Positions 45,326 to 56,233 of a stretch of DNA of 64,000 bases are shown in pieces. The notes beneath the pieces were generated by a model. That model made no database searches and was not told where the DNA came from. It worked only from the letters and a program-made list of their open reading frames with translations. A program made the position numbers and the translations under genes. Numbering within the stretch: the first letter of the stretch is position 1; every line of letters starts with the position of its first letter. The stretch comes from Oligoflexia bacterium (GTDB lineage Bacteria > Bdellovibrionota > UBA1018). The stretch is taken from contig JAMPXJ010000006.1 in the NCBI GenBank assembly GCA_023701205.1, forward strand, positions 86,404 to 150,403, given 5' to 3'.

Positions 45326-46443
45326 CAGAGAATTCCTTTCGGGACGGTGTCGAGGCGGGGCAGCTCCTCGAGCCTGAGTTTCACATCCAGGGTTCGGCGC
45401 CCGCGGCGTACCTTCGCGGTCACGTTCTCGGTCGGGCGATGTTTGGCGAGCGCTCGTTCGATATCGAAGGGCTCAATGACTTCCGTTTCTCCGATCGAGA
45501 TCAGGATATCGCCCTGGCGCAAGCCCGCGCGATCCGCCGGACCATCGTTCACGAGATTGTAGACTAGGACACCCTGGGTCACCGGCAGGTCATAATATTG
45601 AGCCATCGGCGGGGTGATCCGCTCGCCCAGGATTCCAAGCCAGGGGCGGGGGACGCGGCCGTAGCGCTTCAGGTCGGGCAGCAGTCGCTTGGCCTCGTTG
45701 ATCGGGATGGCGAAGCCCAGGCCTCCGCTCTGGCCGGTGCGCGAGTAGATGACGGTGTTGATTCCGACGACCTCGCCAGAAAGGTTGAAGAGCGGTCCGC
45801 CGGAATTGCCCGGATTGATGGACGCGTCCGTCTGCAGGAAGTTGTCGAAGGGTCCTTGCCCGATCGTGCGGTTTTTCGCGCTGATGATTCCAGTGGTGAC
45901 GGTGTGCTGGAGCCCGAAGGGGTTGCCCACGGCAAAAACCGTTTCCGCGATGCGGACGGCGTCGGAGTTCCCGAGCGGCACGGGCACGAGGCCTTCCGGA
46001 ACCTTGCGTTCCTTGTCGCGCAGCTGCAGGAGCGCCAGATCCGTTTTCTGGTCCTTTCCGATGATCTTGGCGCGGAGGACCCGCTTATCGAGCAAAGTGA
46101 CGCTCACCTCGCTCGCATGCTCGACGACGTGACCGTTGGTGATCACGAATCCGTCTTTGTCGATGATGAAGCCGGTGCCGAGCGAAGTCTGGGTCTGACG
46201 GCGTTCCTGCGGGAGGCCCCAGAAGTGAAGAAACTCGTCCATACCGAAGATCGGCCGCGTGAGAACCGTGACCGAGCTGATGTTGACGACCCCGGGGAGG
46301 ATCCTCTCGACGAGGTCCGGAAGATGGGGCACGGGCGGAGGCGCCGCCATCGCCGCGCCGGCCCCCAATAACAGGCAGAAGGGAAGCAGCCCGAAGGCAG
46401 GCGGAAGGAAAGCCGTGGCGAAAGACGCGGGTTTCATAGGCAA
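45325..46443 (-). CDS. HtrA/DegP-family periplasmic serine endoprotease with one PDZ domain
   Basis: Signal peptide; catalytic motifs ...VITNGHVVEHA..., ...DLALLQL..., ...GNSGGPLFN...; C-terminal PDZ (GVLVYNLVNDGPADRAGLRQGDILISIG). Confidence 0.85.
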   Translation of the reverse strand: MPMKPASFATAFLPPAFGLLPFCLLLGAGAAMAAPPPVPHLPDLVERILPGVVNISSVTVLTRPIFGMDEFLHFWGLPQERRQTQTSLGTGFIIDKDGFVITNGHVVEHASEVSVTLLDKRVLRAKIIGKDQKTDLALLQLRDKERKVPEGLVPVPLGNSDAVRIAETVFAVGNPFGLQHTVTTGIISAKNRTIGQGPFDNFLQTDASINPGNSGGPLFNLSGEVVGINTVIYSRTGQSGGLGFAIPINEAKRLLPDLKRYGRVPRPWLGILGERITPPMAQYYDLPVTQGVLVYNLVNDGPADRAGLRQGDILISIGETEVIEPFDIERALAKHRPTENVTAKVRRGRRTLDVKLRLEELPRLDTVPKGIL

Positions 46444-46597
46444 GCTGTTCTAATCCCTTGCTTTGCCGCTGGTCAAAGCCAAAACAGGCGTGCGAAGCCT
46501 TTGCAGTGCGTCAGAGACTGGAGGACTGAAGATTTCGGGTGGAAAGTTCGGGGCCGAAGGATTAGTTTCGGGGAATTCCAATTTTGAAAGGGAGAAG

Positions 46598-47806
46598 ATG
46601 ATGAGCCAGCAAAATGCTTCACAGACCAGTCAGAACGTTGTGATCGTCGGCATGGCCCGCACGGCTTTGGGAAGCTTCCAAGGATCGCTCGCGGGCGTTC
46701 CGGCGGCGAAGCTCGGAGCGGCGGCGATCGCCGGTGCCCTGAAGAGGGCAGGCGTGGAGCCTGAGCAGGTCACGGACGTCTTCATGGGTAACGTCCTGCA
46801 GGCGGGACAAGGGCAGGCACCGGCACGGCAGGCGGGCATTTACGCGGGCTTGCCGAAGTCATTCGCGGCGACGACCGTGCACAAGGTCTGCGGCTCCGGC
46901 ATGCAGTCGGTGATCCTAGCGAGCCAGGCGATCCGGCTCGGGGACGCCGAGGTGGTGGTCGCGGGCGGCATGGAGAACATGAGCCAGTCGCCCTACCTCG
47001 TGCAGAACGCGCGGGGCGGCTTCCGCATGGGGCATCAGCAGTTCGTCGATTCGATGATTCATGACGGCCTGTGGGACCCGTATAACAACCAGCATATGGG
47101 CAATTGCGCGGAGCTGTGCGCGAAGGAGTTCCAGTTCACCCGGCAGGCGCAGGACGAGTTCGCGATCGAGAGCTTCAGGCGCGCCCAGGAGGCTCAAAAG
47201 AGCGGCAAGTTCGCGAAGGAAATCGTTCCGGTGGAGATCGCCGGCAGGAAAGGCGAGCTCCTGCGCGTGGATACGGACGAAGGCCCGGGCAAGGTCGCCT
47301 TCGACAAGATCCCGACCCTCAAGCCGGCCTTCGACAAGGCCGGTACCGTGACGGCCGCCAACGCGTCCACCATCAATGACGGCGCCGCAGCGCTCGTGCT
47401 GATGACGGCCGAGAAGGCGAAGAGCCTCGGCCTGAAGCCCCTGGCGCGCGTGGTGTCTTATGACCGCTTCGCTCAGGACCCGGTGTGGTTTACGACCGCT
47501 CCGGCCGAGGCTATGCGCCGGGCGATGAAGAAGGCGAGCTGGGATGTCGCCGGCGTCGACCTCTTCGAGGTCAACGAAGCGTTCGCCGTGGTGGCCATGG
47601 CCGCGCAGAAGGACCTCGCGATCCCTTCCTCTAAGCTCAATGTCTGGGGCGGCGCGATCTCGTTGGGTCACCCGATCGGCGCGAGCGGGGCCCGCATCAT
47701 CGTGACGCTGCTCTCGGCGCTGGAGGATCGCGGACTCAAGCGCGGCGTGGCCGGCATTTGCATCGGCGGCGGCGAGGCGACGGCGATCTGCGTGGAGCGC
47801 ATCTGA
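46598..47806 (+). CDS. Acetyl-CoA C-acetyltransferase (thiolase II)
   Basis: VIVGMARTALGSFQGSL, active-site motifs NKVCGSGMQS, ...NEAFAVV..., GHPIGASGARI, CIGGGEA; start at ATG 46598 after SD gggagaag. Confidence 0.9.
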   Translation: MMSQQNASQTSQNVVIVGMARTALGSFQGSLAGVPAAKLGAAAIAGALKRAGVEPEQVTDVFMGNVLQAGQGQAPARQAGIYAGLPKSFAATTVHKVCGSGMQSVILASQAIRLGDAEVVVAGGMENMSQSPYLVQNARGGFRMGHQQFVDSMIHDGLWDPYNNQHMGNCAELCAKEFQFTRQAQDEFAIESFRRAQEAQKSGKFAKEIVPVEIAGRKGELLRVDTDEGPGKVAFDKIPTLKPAFDKAGTVTAANASTINDGAAALVLMTAEKAKSLGLKPLARVVSYDRFAQDPVWFTTAPAEAMRRAMKKASWDVAGVDLFEVNEAFAVVAMAAQKDLAIPSSKLNVWGGAISLGHPIGASGARIIVTLLSALEDRGLKRGVAGICIGGGEATAICVERI

Positions 47807-48150
47807 TGAAGAAGATCTTGATGTGCGCGGCGGTCGCGCTTGTGACCTACGCGGTTGTGGCGCAGGGCCAGGAGGGCCATCCGGGCCATCCGGGACAACC
47901 ACCGGGGCATGGCGGGGCCGAGCACTTCGAGCAGTATTGCTCAGGCTGCCATGGGAGCGACGGAATCAGCGGGGCAGAGCACATTCCCAATCTCGCCGGG
48001 CAGAAGAAGGAATACATCGCGCTTCAGCTTCGGGATTTTCGCGATAAGAAGCGCCCGGGGACGGTGATGCCGGCGATGGCGGCGAATCTTCAGGATAGCC
48101 ACATCGAGGGGATCGCGGCTTTCGTCAGCTCCCTGGGGTGCGGGCGCTAA
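47806..48150 (+). CDS. Mono-haem class I c-type cytochrome
   Basis: Signal peptide MKKILMCAAVALVTYAVVAQG; single CSGCHG haem motif and downstream Met (TVMPAM); ATGA overlap with the thiolase gene. Confidence 0.8.
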   Translation: MKKILMCAAVALVTYAVVAQGQEGHPGHPGQPPGHGGAEHFEQYCSGCHGSDGISGAEHIPNLAGQKKEYIALQLRDFRDKKRPGTVMPAMAANLQDSHIEGIAAFVSSLGCGR

Positions 48151-48171
48151 GCGCTTGATGGGGCTGGAGTG

Positions 48172-50346
48172 CTAAGACTTGGGGTCCAGCGCGAGGAAAG
48201 TATCGAGAGGAGGGAGTCCTTCATTGGGCCGCCCCTCCGCTCCTACTGCCGGAACCTCCATGAGGTCGTCGCAGTAGCCCAGGTGGTACCCTGGAGTGTG
48301 GTCATCCTTGCAGAATAGGTAGCGATCATCCCCTGCTGAACCGTTGGGAACGAAAAGCTGCGGATGATCAAAAGGCGCCTTTTCATTCCGCACCCTTTCG
48401 TCCGTCAGGGTCAGTAAAAAGGCGACGAGCTGCCTTTGTTTGTCCGGGGCACCTCTGAGGCCTCCGATGGGATCGATGTCGGGGTCTAGGTTGAACGCGT
48501 TGGTGACGGGGAAGTTCCCCCCGCGAGTGTAGAACTCCACCACCTGCCTGAGGGTGGCCGCGTCACCATTGTGGAAATACGGTCCCGTGAGCTCGACGTT
48601 GCGGAGCCCGGGCGCCTTTTGAGACCCGTCCACGGCCACTTCGGTATCAGCTGGAACGCCAGGGGGAAGATCGGGGACGAAGACGGCCACACCGGAAGGA
48701 AGCAACCCGAGCGCCTTGAGCTTGGCGAGACGGACCACCGAAAGCGGATAGGATTTGCCAGTCAGCGGATTGAGCTGAGGCGCGGAATTACCTCGGGCGA
48801 CATCTTCGTTATTCGGCACGAATCCTGGCTCCGCGGCGTCGGTGCTTCCCGCCGGGCGGACACCGACATTGTAGAAGCCGTTGTCATAGATGATGTTCTT
48901 GCGGTTGCTGATATCCATGAACTCGATGAGGTTGACGGGCAGGAAGCCTGGCGCCTGGGCGATCTTGTCTTGGCGCACGTTCCTCACCGAGTGATTCATG
49001 AACTCGGGAGCTTGGTGGCAGTTGTTGCACTTCCCTTCACCCAGGAAGATGCCGAAGCCTTTGGCTTCCTCTTCGGTGAACTTGTCCCGGCCTTCCGCTA
49101 CGCGGTCGAACTTTGCGTCATCGGAGACGAGAGTCGCTTCATAAAGCTGGATCGCGAGCCCGAAGAACAAGGAGAAGTTCGCTTCCATCTGCGTGAACTC
49201 GTTTTCGCCGAGGTCCTGCGTGTGCTTCGGTCTGGAGACGATCTCGGGCACGCCCGGGAGGAAATAGTAGGTCGCCGAATCGCCCGGATCCGGGCGATGC
49301 AGGTATTCGGGAATCGTCGTGAACCTGACCGCCTGGTCGTCACTATCCCACCATTTGTCGATGAAGGCCCGGCGGATAAGCTCTCCGTAGCTGATGTTGA
49401 GGCCGCGGCCGGCGGAGTAGGGACCGAGCACGCTGTCCTCCGGGCTCACGTACTGGATCGCGAGGGGTTGCAGCGCGAGCAGTTTTCTCCCGATCTTAGG
49501 AAAGGTGCGGCCGAGAGAGGACATCTCAAAATCGCTGCCCGGAGGTCCCACTGCCTGCGAGGCGAGGCTGGCATCGGGAATGCGTACTTTCGTCGGTTGG
49601 AGTCCTGTGGCGCCATTCAGGAACACGCGAGCGGTCTCATCGAGTTCGCCGAAGGGATTGACGCCATTGAAAATGTTTCGCGCGCGCCCATCCCAGAAGC
49701 TTGAAAAGTTGAAGATCGAGTTGATCACGGTCGGCGTGTTGCGAGGCTCGACTCGTCGCGTGCTCTTGCCATGGACATTGAAGACGGGATCGAATAGGAA
49801 ATTCGCCCTTTCATAGGAGGTGCCGCGAACGATCCTGGTAAATTCGAAATGGCGGACTCCCTGCGAAGACATGACGTCGTTGATGTTCGAGGTGAACTTG
49901 TTCCCGGGATCCTTTTCGAAGCCGGGCTCATCCGGAAGCTTGAATGAGGTCAATGGGAAGTGCTTACTGGAAACGGTAGAGTTTGGGCCGCCGAGTTGAA
50001 AGGAAGTATCGTTCGCAAGAAGTCCGGGACTGATACTGTTCTTGATGCGGTTGTCCGCGCCCGCATGGAAATGACAGCTTGCGCAGGCCTGGATACCGGA
50101 GCTTCCCACTTGCATGTCCCAGAACAGTGCTTTTCCCAGCGCGATGGCGGATCTCTTGTCCTTTACGAACTCCCGGAGATTTACCGGTTCCGGAACGCTG
50201 ATGGTCTTCAGCGAGGTCAGAGGGGAGTCGGTTTCGGCCGCACCTCCGGCACCGAGCACCGAAAGCGACACGGCAAGGCAGGATGCAACGGCTATAGCTC
50301 GGACGGGATTGCGTTTCGCTGGAAGTGATTTCGTGGAGACGTTCAT
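48172..50346 (-). CDS. Di-haem cytochrome c peroxidase-family protein (enlarged, 724 aa)
   Basis: Signal peptide; two CxxCH motifs (CASCHF early in the protein, KCNNCHQAPEF in the C-terminal half) in CCP/MauG-like contexts (WDMQVGSSGIQACASCH). Confidence 0.7.
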   Translation of the reverse strand: MNVSTKSLPAKRNPVRAIAVASCLAVSLSVLGAGGAAETDSPLTSLKTISVPEPVNLREFVKDKRSAIALGKALFWDMQVGSSGIQACASCHFHAGADNRIKNSISPGLLANDTSFQLGGPNSTVSSKHFPLTSFKLPDEPGFEKDPGNKFTSNINDVMSSQGVRHFEFTRIVRGTSYERANFLFDPVFNVHGKSTRRVEPRNTPTVINSIFNFSSFWDGRARNIFNGVNPFGELDETARVFLNGATGLQPTKVRIPDASLASQAVGPPGSDFEMSSLGRTFPKIGRKLLALQPLAIQYVSPEDSVLGPYSAGRGLNISYGELIRRAFIDKWWDSDDQAVRFTTIPEYLHRPDPGDSATYYFLPGVPEIVSRPKHTQDLGENEFTQMEANFSLFFGLAIQLYEATLVSDDAKFDRVAEGRDKFTEEEAKGFGIFLGEGKCNNCHQAPEFMNHSVRNVRQDKIAQAPGFLPVNLIEFMDISNRKNIIYDNGFYNVGVRPAGSTDAAEPGFVPNNEDVARGNSAPQLNPLTGKSYPLSVVRLAKLKALGLLPSGVAVFVPDLPPGVPADTEVAVDGSQKAPGLRNVELTGPYFHNGDAATLRQVVEFYTRGGNFPVTNAFNLDPDIDPIGGLRGAPDKQRQLVAFLLTLTDERVRNEKAPFDHPQLFVPNGSAGDDRYLFCKDDHTPGYHLGYCDDLMEVPAVGAEGRPNEGLPPLDTFLALDPKS

Positions 50347-50471
50347 GGTAACTCCTCGGAGACTTTGCGGTGGCTTCCGCTTGCCGATGGCGATAGTGGA
50401 GCCGGGTACTCATCCCGGCGGGTCGCTCGCCGTTGCAATCGAAGTACCAACTGCGGAGGTGAGGAATGGAG

Positions 50472-52937
50472 TCAAATAACCCGAATTTCAAGCAAGCGGA
50501 GGCAAGGCTTGCCCGCCTTGCGCGAGGCTTCGCGCGGAATCTCGAAGAGGGCTTCCCAGTCGTTGTGCCCCTCGGCATCGATGAGGGTCTGCTGAAGCCT
50601 CCAAGGGTCCGAGTCCGTCTGGAGGCGCGTGTGCGCGGCTCCGCGGGCGGGCGTGTCGGTGCGCAGGCGCCCATGCCCGAGCTCATATTCCTTCATCGTG
50701 CGTTCGAGGGCGTCAGCGCTCCAGTGCTGTGCGGACTCGGGTTCGAGCAACGCGGCTGCGACGGCGTAATCGCGGCAGGCCAGCGCCCGGAGGAAGCGGA
50801 AGACCTCGTTGCGCGCCTGGATCGTGAAAGCTTTCGGACTCTCGGTGGGCGTGGGTGCAACAGCGGCGGATTCGGGCGCGGGTGCGAGCGCGGCCAGAGG
50901 GTTCCTGAGCTTTTCCCATTCATCGAGGAGACTTGAGTCGACCTCCCGGAGCATCGTCCCGAAGTACTCGATCATCGTGAAGAGCTCGTCGTTCTTGGCG
51001 TAATCGGGCACGGTCTGGACCAGCGTCTTGTAAACGTCCGAGAGATAGCGCAGCAAGAGCCCCTCGGCGCGCTGAAGCTCGTAATCGCGGATGTACTCGG
51101 CGAAGCTCTGGAAGTTCTCGAGCATCTCGCGCGCGATGGACTTGGGGCGGATGTTCTCCTGGCCGACCCAGGGATGCCTCGCCGCGAACTCGTTGAACGT
51201 CGCGTAGATGAAATCGCGGTTGGGCTTGGGGTACTCGAGCTTCTCGAGCTCTTCCATGCGTTCCTCGTACTCCATGCCGAGCTCCTTGAGCTCGCGGAGC
51301 TTTTCGCCCTTGAGCCGATCGAGCTGCTTGCGCAAGACGAGGTCAGGATTCTCCAGGATGGACTCGACGAGCGTGAGCAGGTCCAAGGCGTAATCCGGAT
51401 GATCCGGGTCGAGCCGCTCGATCGTGTCCACGAGGTAAAGCGAAAGCGCGTGATTGAGCGAGAAATCCTCCTGCAGGTCCACGTTCACGCGCAACGGAGC
51501 GAGGGTGATGATCTTCTTCTCGACCAGGGAGCGGAAGAGCTGGAAGGCCGTTTTTCCGAGCGCTTTCTGAGTGCCTGGAGCCTCGTGGCACGAGCGGAGC
51601 AGTTCGCGCATGGCGCGGCAGCCGTCCTCGTTTTCGCGGCCGAGGACCTGAAGCAGCATTCCGTGGCTCACCTTGAAGCGCGAAAGCAGCGCCTCGGGCT
51701 GTCCCTTGGAAAGTTTCTCGAAGGTCTCTTTATTCCACGGGAGATACCCTTTTTCGGGAGGCTTGCGCTTGACGATCTTCCGGAGCTTCTTGGGGTCACC
51801 CGCGGCCTTCTGCTCCATCCGGAGATTCTCGACGACGTGCTCGGGCGCCTGGACGACGACCGTGCCGCGGTCATCGAAGCCGCGCCGCCCGGCGCGCCCG
51901 GCGATCTGCTGGAAGTCGCGCACGGTCAGGATCGTGGTCTTCTCGCCGTCGAACTTGCAGAGCTTCGTGAAGAGCACGGTACGGATGGGTACGTTCACGC
52001 CCACGCCCAGTGTGTCCGTGCCGCAGATGACTTTCAAAAGGCCGCGTTGCGCGAGCTTCTCCACGAGCACGCGGTAGCGGGGGAGGAGTCCCGCATGGTG
52101 GATGCCCACGCCATGCTTGAGGAGCCTCTGGATCTCGCGCCCGTAGGGGCTCGAGAACCGGGATCCGCAAAGGGCGTCGGCGAGGACGCGCTTCTCCTCC
52201 TTCGTGCAGTAGTCAGTTGAAAGGAGGTTCTGGGCCTCCTCGGCGCATTCGCGCTGGGTGAAGTTCACGAGATAGATCGGCGCGCGCCCGCGCGCTACGA
52301 GGTCGGTGATGGTCTCGTGCAACGGGGTCTCGCGATACTCGAAGTCCAGGGGAACCGGGCGCTCCGAGGAGCGCACGACCACGGTCTCGCGACCATTGAG
52401 ACCGGTCAGCCCCTTCTCGAAACGCTCGGTTTCTCCGAGGGTAGCCGACATGAGCAGAAAACGCGTGTTCTTGAGCGTGAGCAGGGGGATCTGCCAGGCC
52501 ACCCCGCGCTCGCGATCCGAGTAGAAGTGGAACTCGTCGAGGACCGCGTCCTCCACGGGGGCGTTCGCCCCGTGCCGGAGCGCATCGTTGGCCAGGATCT
52601 CGGCCGTACAGCAGATGATGGGCGCGCCGGGATTGACCGAAGCGTCGCCGGTGATCATTCCCACCTGCTCGGGGCCGAAGTCGCGGCAAAGCGCGAGGAA
52701 CTTCTCGTTGACGAGCGCCTTGATCGGGCAGGTGTAAAAAGAGCGCCGGCCTTCGGCGAGCGCCTGAAAATGCAGCGCGGTCGCGACCAGGGACTTTCCC
52801 GAGCCGGTCGGGGTGTTGAGAATGACGTTCTTGCCCGAGTAGAGCTCGAGGATGGCCTCTTCCTGCGCGGGATAGAGCTCGAGGTTTTTTCCGCGGACGT
52901 GCTCGAGAAAGCGATCGAGGACCTCGCCTGTGCTCAT
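50472..52937 (-). CDS. DExH-box (Ski2-like) ATP-dependent helicase with long C-terminal extension (DUF3516-like)
   Basis: Walker [20 protein letters not shown], and motif [12 protein letters not shown]; 821 aa. Confidence 0.85.
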   Translation of the reverse strand: MSTGEVLDRFLEHVRGKNLELYPAQEEAILELYSGKNVILNTPTGSGKSLVATALHFQALAEGRRSFYTCPIKALVNEKFLALCRDFGPEQVGMITGDASVNPGAPIICCTAEILANDALRHGANAPVEDAVLDEFHFYSDRERGVAWQIPLLTLKNTRFLLMSATLGETERFEKGLTGLNGRETVVVRSSERPVPLDFEYRETPLHETITDLVARGRAPIYLVNFTQRECAEEAQNLLSTDYCTKEEKRVLADALCGSRFSSPYGREIQRLLKHGVGIHHAGLLPRYRVLVEKLAQRGLLKVICGTDTLGVGVNVPIRTVLFTKLCKFDGEKTTILTVRDFQQIAGRAGRRGFDDRGTVVVQAPEHVVENLRMEQKAAGDPKKLRKIVKRKPPEKGYLPWNKETFEKLSKGQPEALLSRFKVSHGMLLQVLGRENEDGCRAMRELLRSCHEAPGTQKALGKTAFQLFRSLVEKKIITLAPLRVNVDLQEDFSLNHALSLYLVDTIERLDPDHPDYALDLLTLVESILENPDLVLRKQLDRLKGEKLRELKELGMEYEERMEELEKLEYPKPNRDFIYATFNEFAARHPWVGQENIRPKSIAREMLENFQSFAEYIRDYELQRAEGLLLRYLSDVYKTLVQTVPDYAKNDELFTMIEYFGTMLREVDSSLLDEWEKLRNPLAALAPAPESAAVAPTPTESPKAFTIQARNEVFRFLRALACRDYAVAAALLEPESAQHWSADALERTMKEYELGHGRLRTDTPARGAAHTRLQTDSDPWRLQQTLIDAEGHNDWEALFEIPREASRKAGKPCLRLLEIRVI

Positions 52938-53569
52938 CTGGCCTTCTCGCCTCCGGCCATCTTCTCATGGATGGCGCGGGCTTCGGCGCTGGCTTGGGTT
53001 TTCAGCTCGGCAAGCTCCGGGGCGAGCCCGGCGTAGCGCTCGGTGACCCATTCTGCATGCAGCAGGCACATCGCTTCGGCCGCCGGGAGCGTGCCCGTGG
53101 GCTTGGGTTCGACGCAGGCTTTGAGCTGCGTCAGGAACTCGCGGGCGTGGCTCTCGCTTTCGAGCGCGATCGTCAGGCGGGCGCCGAGCTCCGCGCCAAA
53201 GCTCACGAGCGCCGGTGGCGTCACATGAGGCTCGCGCGCGATCTCGTCCCGGACCCTGGGGAGCTCGGGAATGTTGACGGGCGTGCGAAAAAGGCTTTCG
53301 GCCTGCGCGCGGTCAATGTCTTCGAGTGCGGCCGGGGGGGCGCCGGACGGGAGCGGCGAGGCCGCGGAGCCTGTTTCGATGGCGGCCGGGCTCTTCGTTA
53401 GAGAATCCTGGCGAGAGGTCTCACCTGGCGAAGAATGGGTCGCCAGGGCCCCGCGTTCGGGAGTTTCACCCGGTTCGAGAAGCGTTCTACCGGACAGGAG
53501 CGCCCAAAGTCCGAGCGCGACTCCGAGCAGGGTGAGGGTGATCAGCAGTCGGATCTGGCCAGGCCGCAT
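52934..53569 (-). CDS. Hypothetical membrane-anchored protein
   Basis: N-terminal TM ([20 protein letters not shown]); overlaps the helicase start by 4 nt. Confidence 0.4.
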   Translation of the reverse strand: MRPGQIRLLITLTLLGVALGLWALLSGRTLLEPGETPERGALATHSSPGETSRQDSLTKSPAAIETGSAASPLPSGAPPAALEDIDRAQAESLFRTPVNIPELPRVRDEIAREPHVTPPALVSFGAELGARLTIALESESHAREFLTQLKACVEPKPTGTLPAAEAMCLLHAEWVTERYAGLAPELAELKTQASAEARAIHEKMAGGEKAR

Positions 53570-53571
53570 TC

Positions 53572-54612
53572 TTAGCGTTGTACACTGTCTTTGCTGCTCA
53601 GGTCCAGAGGGCCCGCTTCGGCATCGACGAGGAGCCGGCCGAACGAATCCGCGGCCGAGGCGCTCAGGAGGCTCGAGTGCTTGATGATCCGCTTGGCGTC
53701 CTCGGGGGAGTTGCGGTGATAGGTCATCGCGGCCGCCGTATACACTGCGCCGAAGTAATAAGCTCCGTAGACGAAATCATCACAGGCCGCCAGTCCCGCA
53801 AGCGCGTGCCCCTTGGGGCAGCGCGTGTGGAGGTGTCCGCAGCGGCGATTGCGGTAGTTCTCATCGAACTCCTTGCCGTTGCGGGAGGCGCGCGCGACCT
53901 CGATATCCGAGGGCGTCAGCCCGGTCGGGCAGTCGGAGTGCCGTGCCTCATGGACCAGGATGGATTGCCGAAGCTCGGTCGGAAGCTTGAGCTTGAGGGG
54001 ACCGATGATCTTCTCGGCTTCTTTGTAGCCTGGGCCGAACATCATCAGGCCCGCGCGCGAGCCCTGGATCGGGAACAGCTTCTTGCCCACCCGGCAGGAG
54101 ACCTCGGCTTCGTTCACCGCGGAGAGCAACCACACGGCCGTGCCGATGTTCGCGGCACCCATTTCGGCTTTTGCGCTCGATTCGGGGGCTTCGGCAGGCC
54201 TTGACGGTTCCTGGGCTGGCTCTTCGCCGCCTCCAAAGAAGGCCGTGTATTTGAGCTCCTTCGGGAAGGTGCAGCGCGAGGACAATTCAGCATCATCGAC
54301 GGCGGGCATGAAAGCCTTCAGTCGTGTATTGAGATAGCTGATGGGCGAATCGCCTTTGTTCGGAGTGAAAAGCCGCTGGGCCCGGAGATCGCCGCGGACA
54401 ATCGCGCTCTGGTTGCCCGACATCGCTATGAGGTCCCTGACCAGGAGCTCCATCGAAGAGACGGGAACTTCAGGATCGACCGTGACGTTCACGCCGATTT
54501 TCGCGAGCTGAGCTTCAGCCTCGAGCGCGGCTTTTTCGTTTTCACAGGCGGTGAAAACCAGAAGGGAAATCAGCGAAAGGGGAAAGGCCATCCGTCCAAG
54601 GTTCTTAAGCAT
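53572..54612 (-). CDS. Putative lipoprotein with HEXXH zinc-metallopeptidase motif
   Basis: Lipobox LLVFTAC; SILVHEARHSDC contains HEARH; function is inferred from the motif only. Confidence 0.45.
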   Translation of the reverse strand: MLKNLGRMAFPLSLISLLVFTACENEKAALEAEAQLAKIGVNVTVDPEVPVSSMELLVRDLIAMSGNQSAIVRGDLRAQRLFTPNKGDSPISYLNTRLKAFMPAVDDAELSSRCTFPKELKYTAFFGGGEEPAQEPSRPAEAPESSAKAEMGAANIGTAVWLLSAVNEAEVSCRVGKKLFPIQGSRAGLMMFGPGYKEAEKIIGPLKLKLPTELRQSILVHEARHSDCPTGLTPSDIEVARASRNGKEFDENYRNRRCGHLHTRCPKGHALAGLAACDDFVYGAYYFGAVYTAAAMTYHRNSPEDAKRIIKHSSLLSASAADSFGRLLVDAEAGPLDLSSKDSVQR

Positions 54613-54678
54613 GACGCGGTGTGTAACTCATCTAACTTTGAAAGACAACCGAAAATATCGGATATAGGAATTGGCCTG

Positions 54679-55479
54679 ATGCATGCCAGGCTGATACAGA
54701 AAAAGATGATGAATCCCAGATCAGCAATCGCCGCTATCGAGCGTGCCGGCGTTCTTCTTGTATTTCCTTTAAATAACAAGAAGATGCCAGCTTCTCTTTG
54801 GTCTCACTTTCATCCCCGCAAAAAGATGATTTGGGAATGGGATGAGGAAGGGGACGACCGTGTCGCGGATCTCTGGCACCTGCGTGCTGAGCTCTCGACG
54901 AGCCGCAAGGTGGTTTACACGAAATGGTACCAAGGGCGGGCGACGTATTTTTCGCGCCCCGTTTTTGCCGCTCTCTTGCGGCTGAGCAATCCCGACGGCG
55001 TTGCGCGCGAGCGGCTGAGCGTTTCGGCACGCAAAATTCTGGAAATCCTCGAGGGCGAGTCGCCTCTTTCCACCCGCGAGCTCAAGCGCCAGGCCGGGCT
55101 TCAGGGGCGCGCGAACGAGCGCAGCTATGAGAAGGCGCTGCGCGAGCTTTGGGAGCGGCTTCTGATCGTGGCCTATGGCGAAGTCGAGGAGGGGGCGTTT
55201 CCTTCGCTCGCGGTCGGCGCGACGAGCGTGCTCTTCGAGGAGCTTTATCGCGAGGGGCTCAGGCTTGAGCCTGCGGTGGCGCTCGATCGCGTGCGGGCGG
55301 TGCTCGCCGAGGACAATCCGTTTTACCGGTTTTTTCTGAAGCTGCGCGCGCGGCAGGAGCTCGGGCCGATCCCGGGCACGGGACGCGAGGCCCGCAAAAA
55401 AGGAGCTCGCCGCGAGGGTGCGCGCCGGGGTGCGGGCGCGCGCGGGGATCTTCGGGTGGTTCGTTTCGAGGATCTGTGA
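54679..55479 (+). CDS. Hypothetical protein (possible winged-helix domain); start uncertain
   Basis: Balanced composition; divergent from the lipoprotein gene; Arg-rich C-terminal tail. Confidence 0.35.
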   Translation: MHARLIQKKMMNPRSAIAAIERAGVLLVFPLNNKKMPASLWSHFHPRKKMIWEWDEEGDDRVADLWHLRAELSTSRKVVYTKWYQGRATYFSRPVFAALLRLSNPDGVARERLSVSARKILEILEGESPLSTRELKRQAGLQGRANERSYEKALRELWERLLIVAYGEVEEGAFPSLAVGATSVLFEELYREGLRLEPAVALDRVRAVLAEDNPFYRFFLKLRARQELGPIPGTGREARKKGARREGARRGAGARGDLRVVRFEDL

Positions 55480-55493
55480 GGTCTGGTTAAAGT

Positions 55494-56168
55494 CTAGTTC
55501 TGATACTCGGGATAGCCGGTATTCTTCAGGCAGTTTTGCTGGAATCCATTCCCTAGCTCCGTGCAACCGCTGGAGCAGGCGTCCCATCTCTGATGGTACT
55601 CCTTCATCATTGTCTCCGTCCGCTCAGAAGGAGGTGGCAGATTGGGCAGCGAATCTCGGCAGTTGTCGTGGCACTTTCGGGATTCCGAAGCCCCCTTTTC
55701 TTCACAACCCGCGATGGCGTTCTTGCGCGCCCTCAAGGCCGGTGCTTGCTTCCATCCACGATAGGTCGCGTGGCTCCAGACAACGGCATCCCAGGCGAAA
55801 CAGGCGGCCGCGATGATGAAGACCGCGTTTCGCCATCGGGACTTTTGGAGCCATTTTCCGAGAAAATAGGCTCCGGCAAGAGTCGTCGCGAATATCAGCG
55901 GTACCACCAGAAGCGATCCCAGCCTGTTCAACGGTGGAGCGAGGACGATCCAGGCATCCGAATGGCCTCGAATCGGCAGGAAGCTCAGCAAAGAATAATA
56001 GATCCAATGGAGAGGAAGCCGGAGCCATCCGAATACTTCGCTGAACGAATGATTCGGCTCCGGCCAGATATCCCGCGCCAGGAAGACGCTCTGCCTAAGC
56101 CAGCTTCGGAAGCAATCGAAGGTGACCCAAAGCAGGAGAACGGCTTGAAGCGGAATGCGCGGCAACAT
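55494..56168 (-). CDS. Hypothetical multi-pass membrane protein with Cys-rich C-terminal tail
   Basis: Several hydrophobic helices; C-terminal ...CEEKG...CHDNC...CSSGC...NC. Confidence 0.4.
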   Translation of the reverse strand: MLPRIPLQAVLLLWVTFDCFRSWLRQSVFLARDIWPEPNHSFSEVFGWLRLPLHWIYYSLLSFLPIRGHSDAWIVLAPPLNRLGSLLVVPLIFATTLAGAYFLGKWLQKSRWRNAVFIIAAACFAWDAVVWSHATYRGWKQAPALRARKNAIAGCEEKGASESRKCHDNCRDSLPNLPPPSERTETMMKEYHQRWDACSSGCTELGNGFQQNCLKNTGYPEYQN

Positions 56169-56233
56169 TCCTTGAGACTACACGGAAGGCGGTTGCGCGT
56201 GTAGTTTGGAATTCCAACCGGCCCTCACAACAC

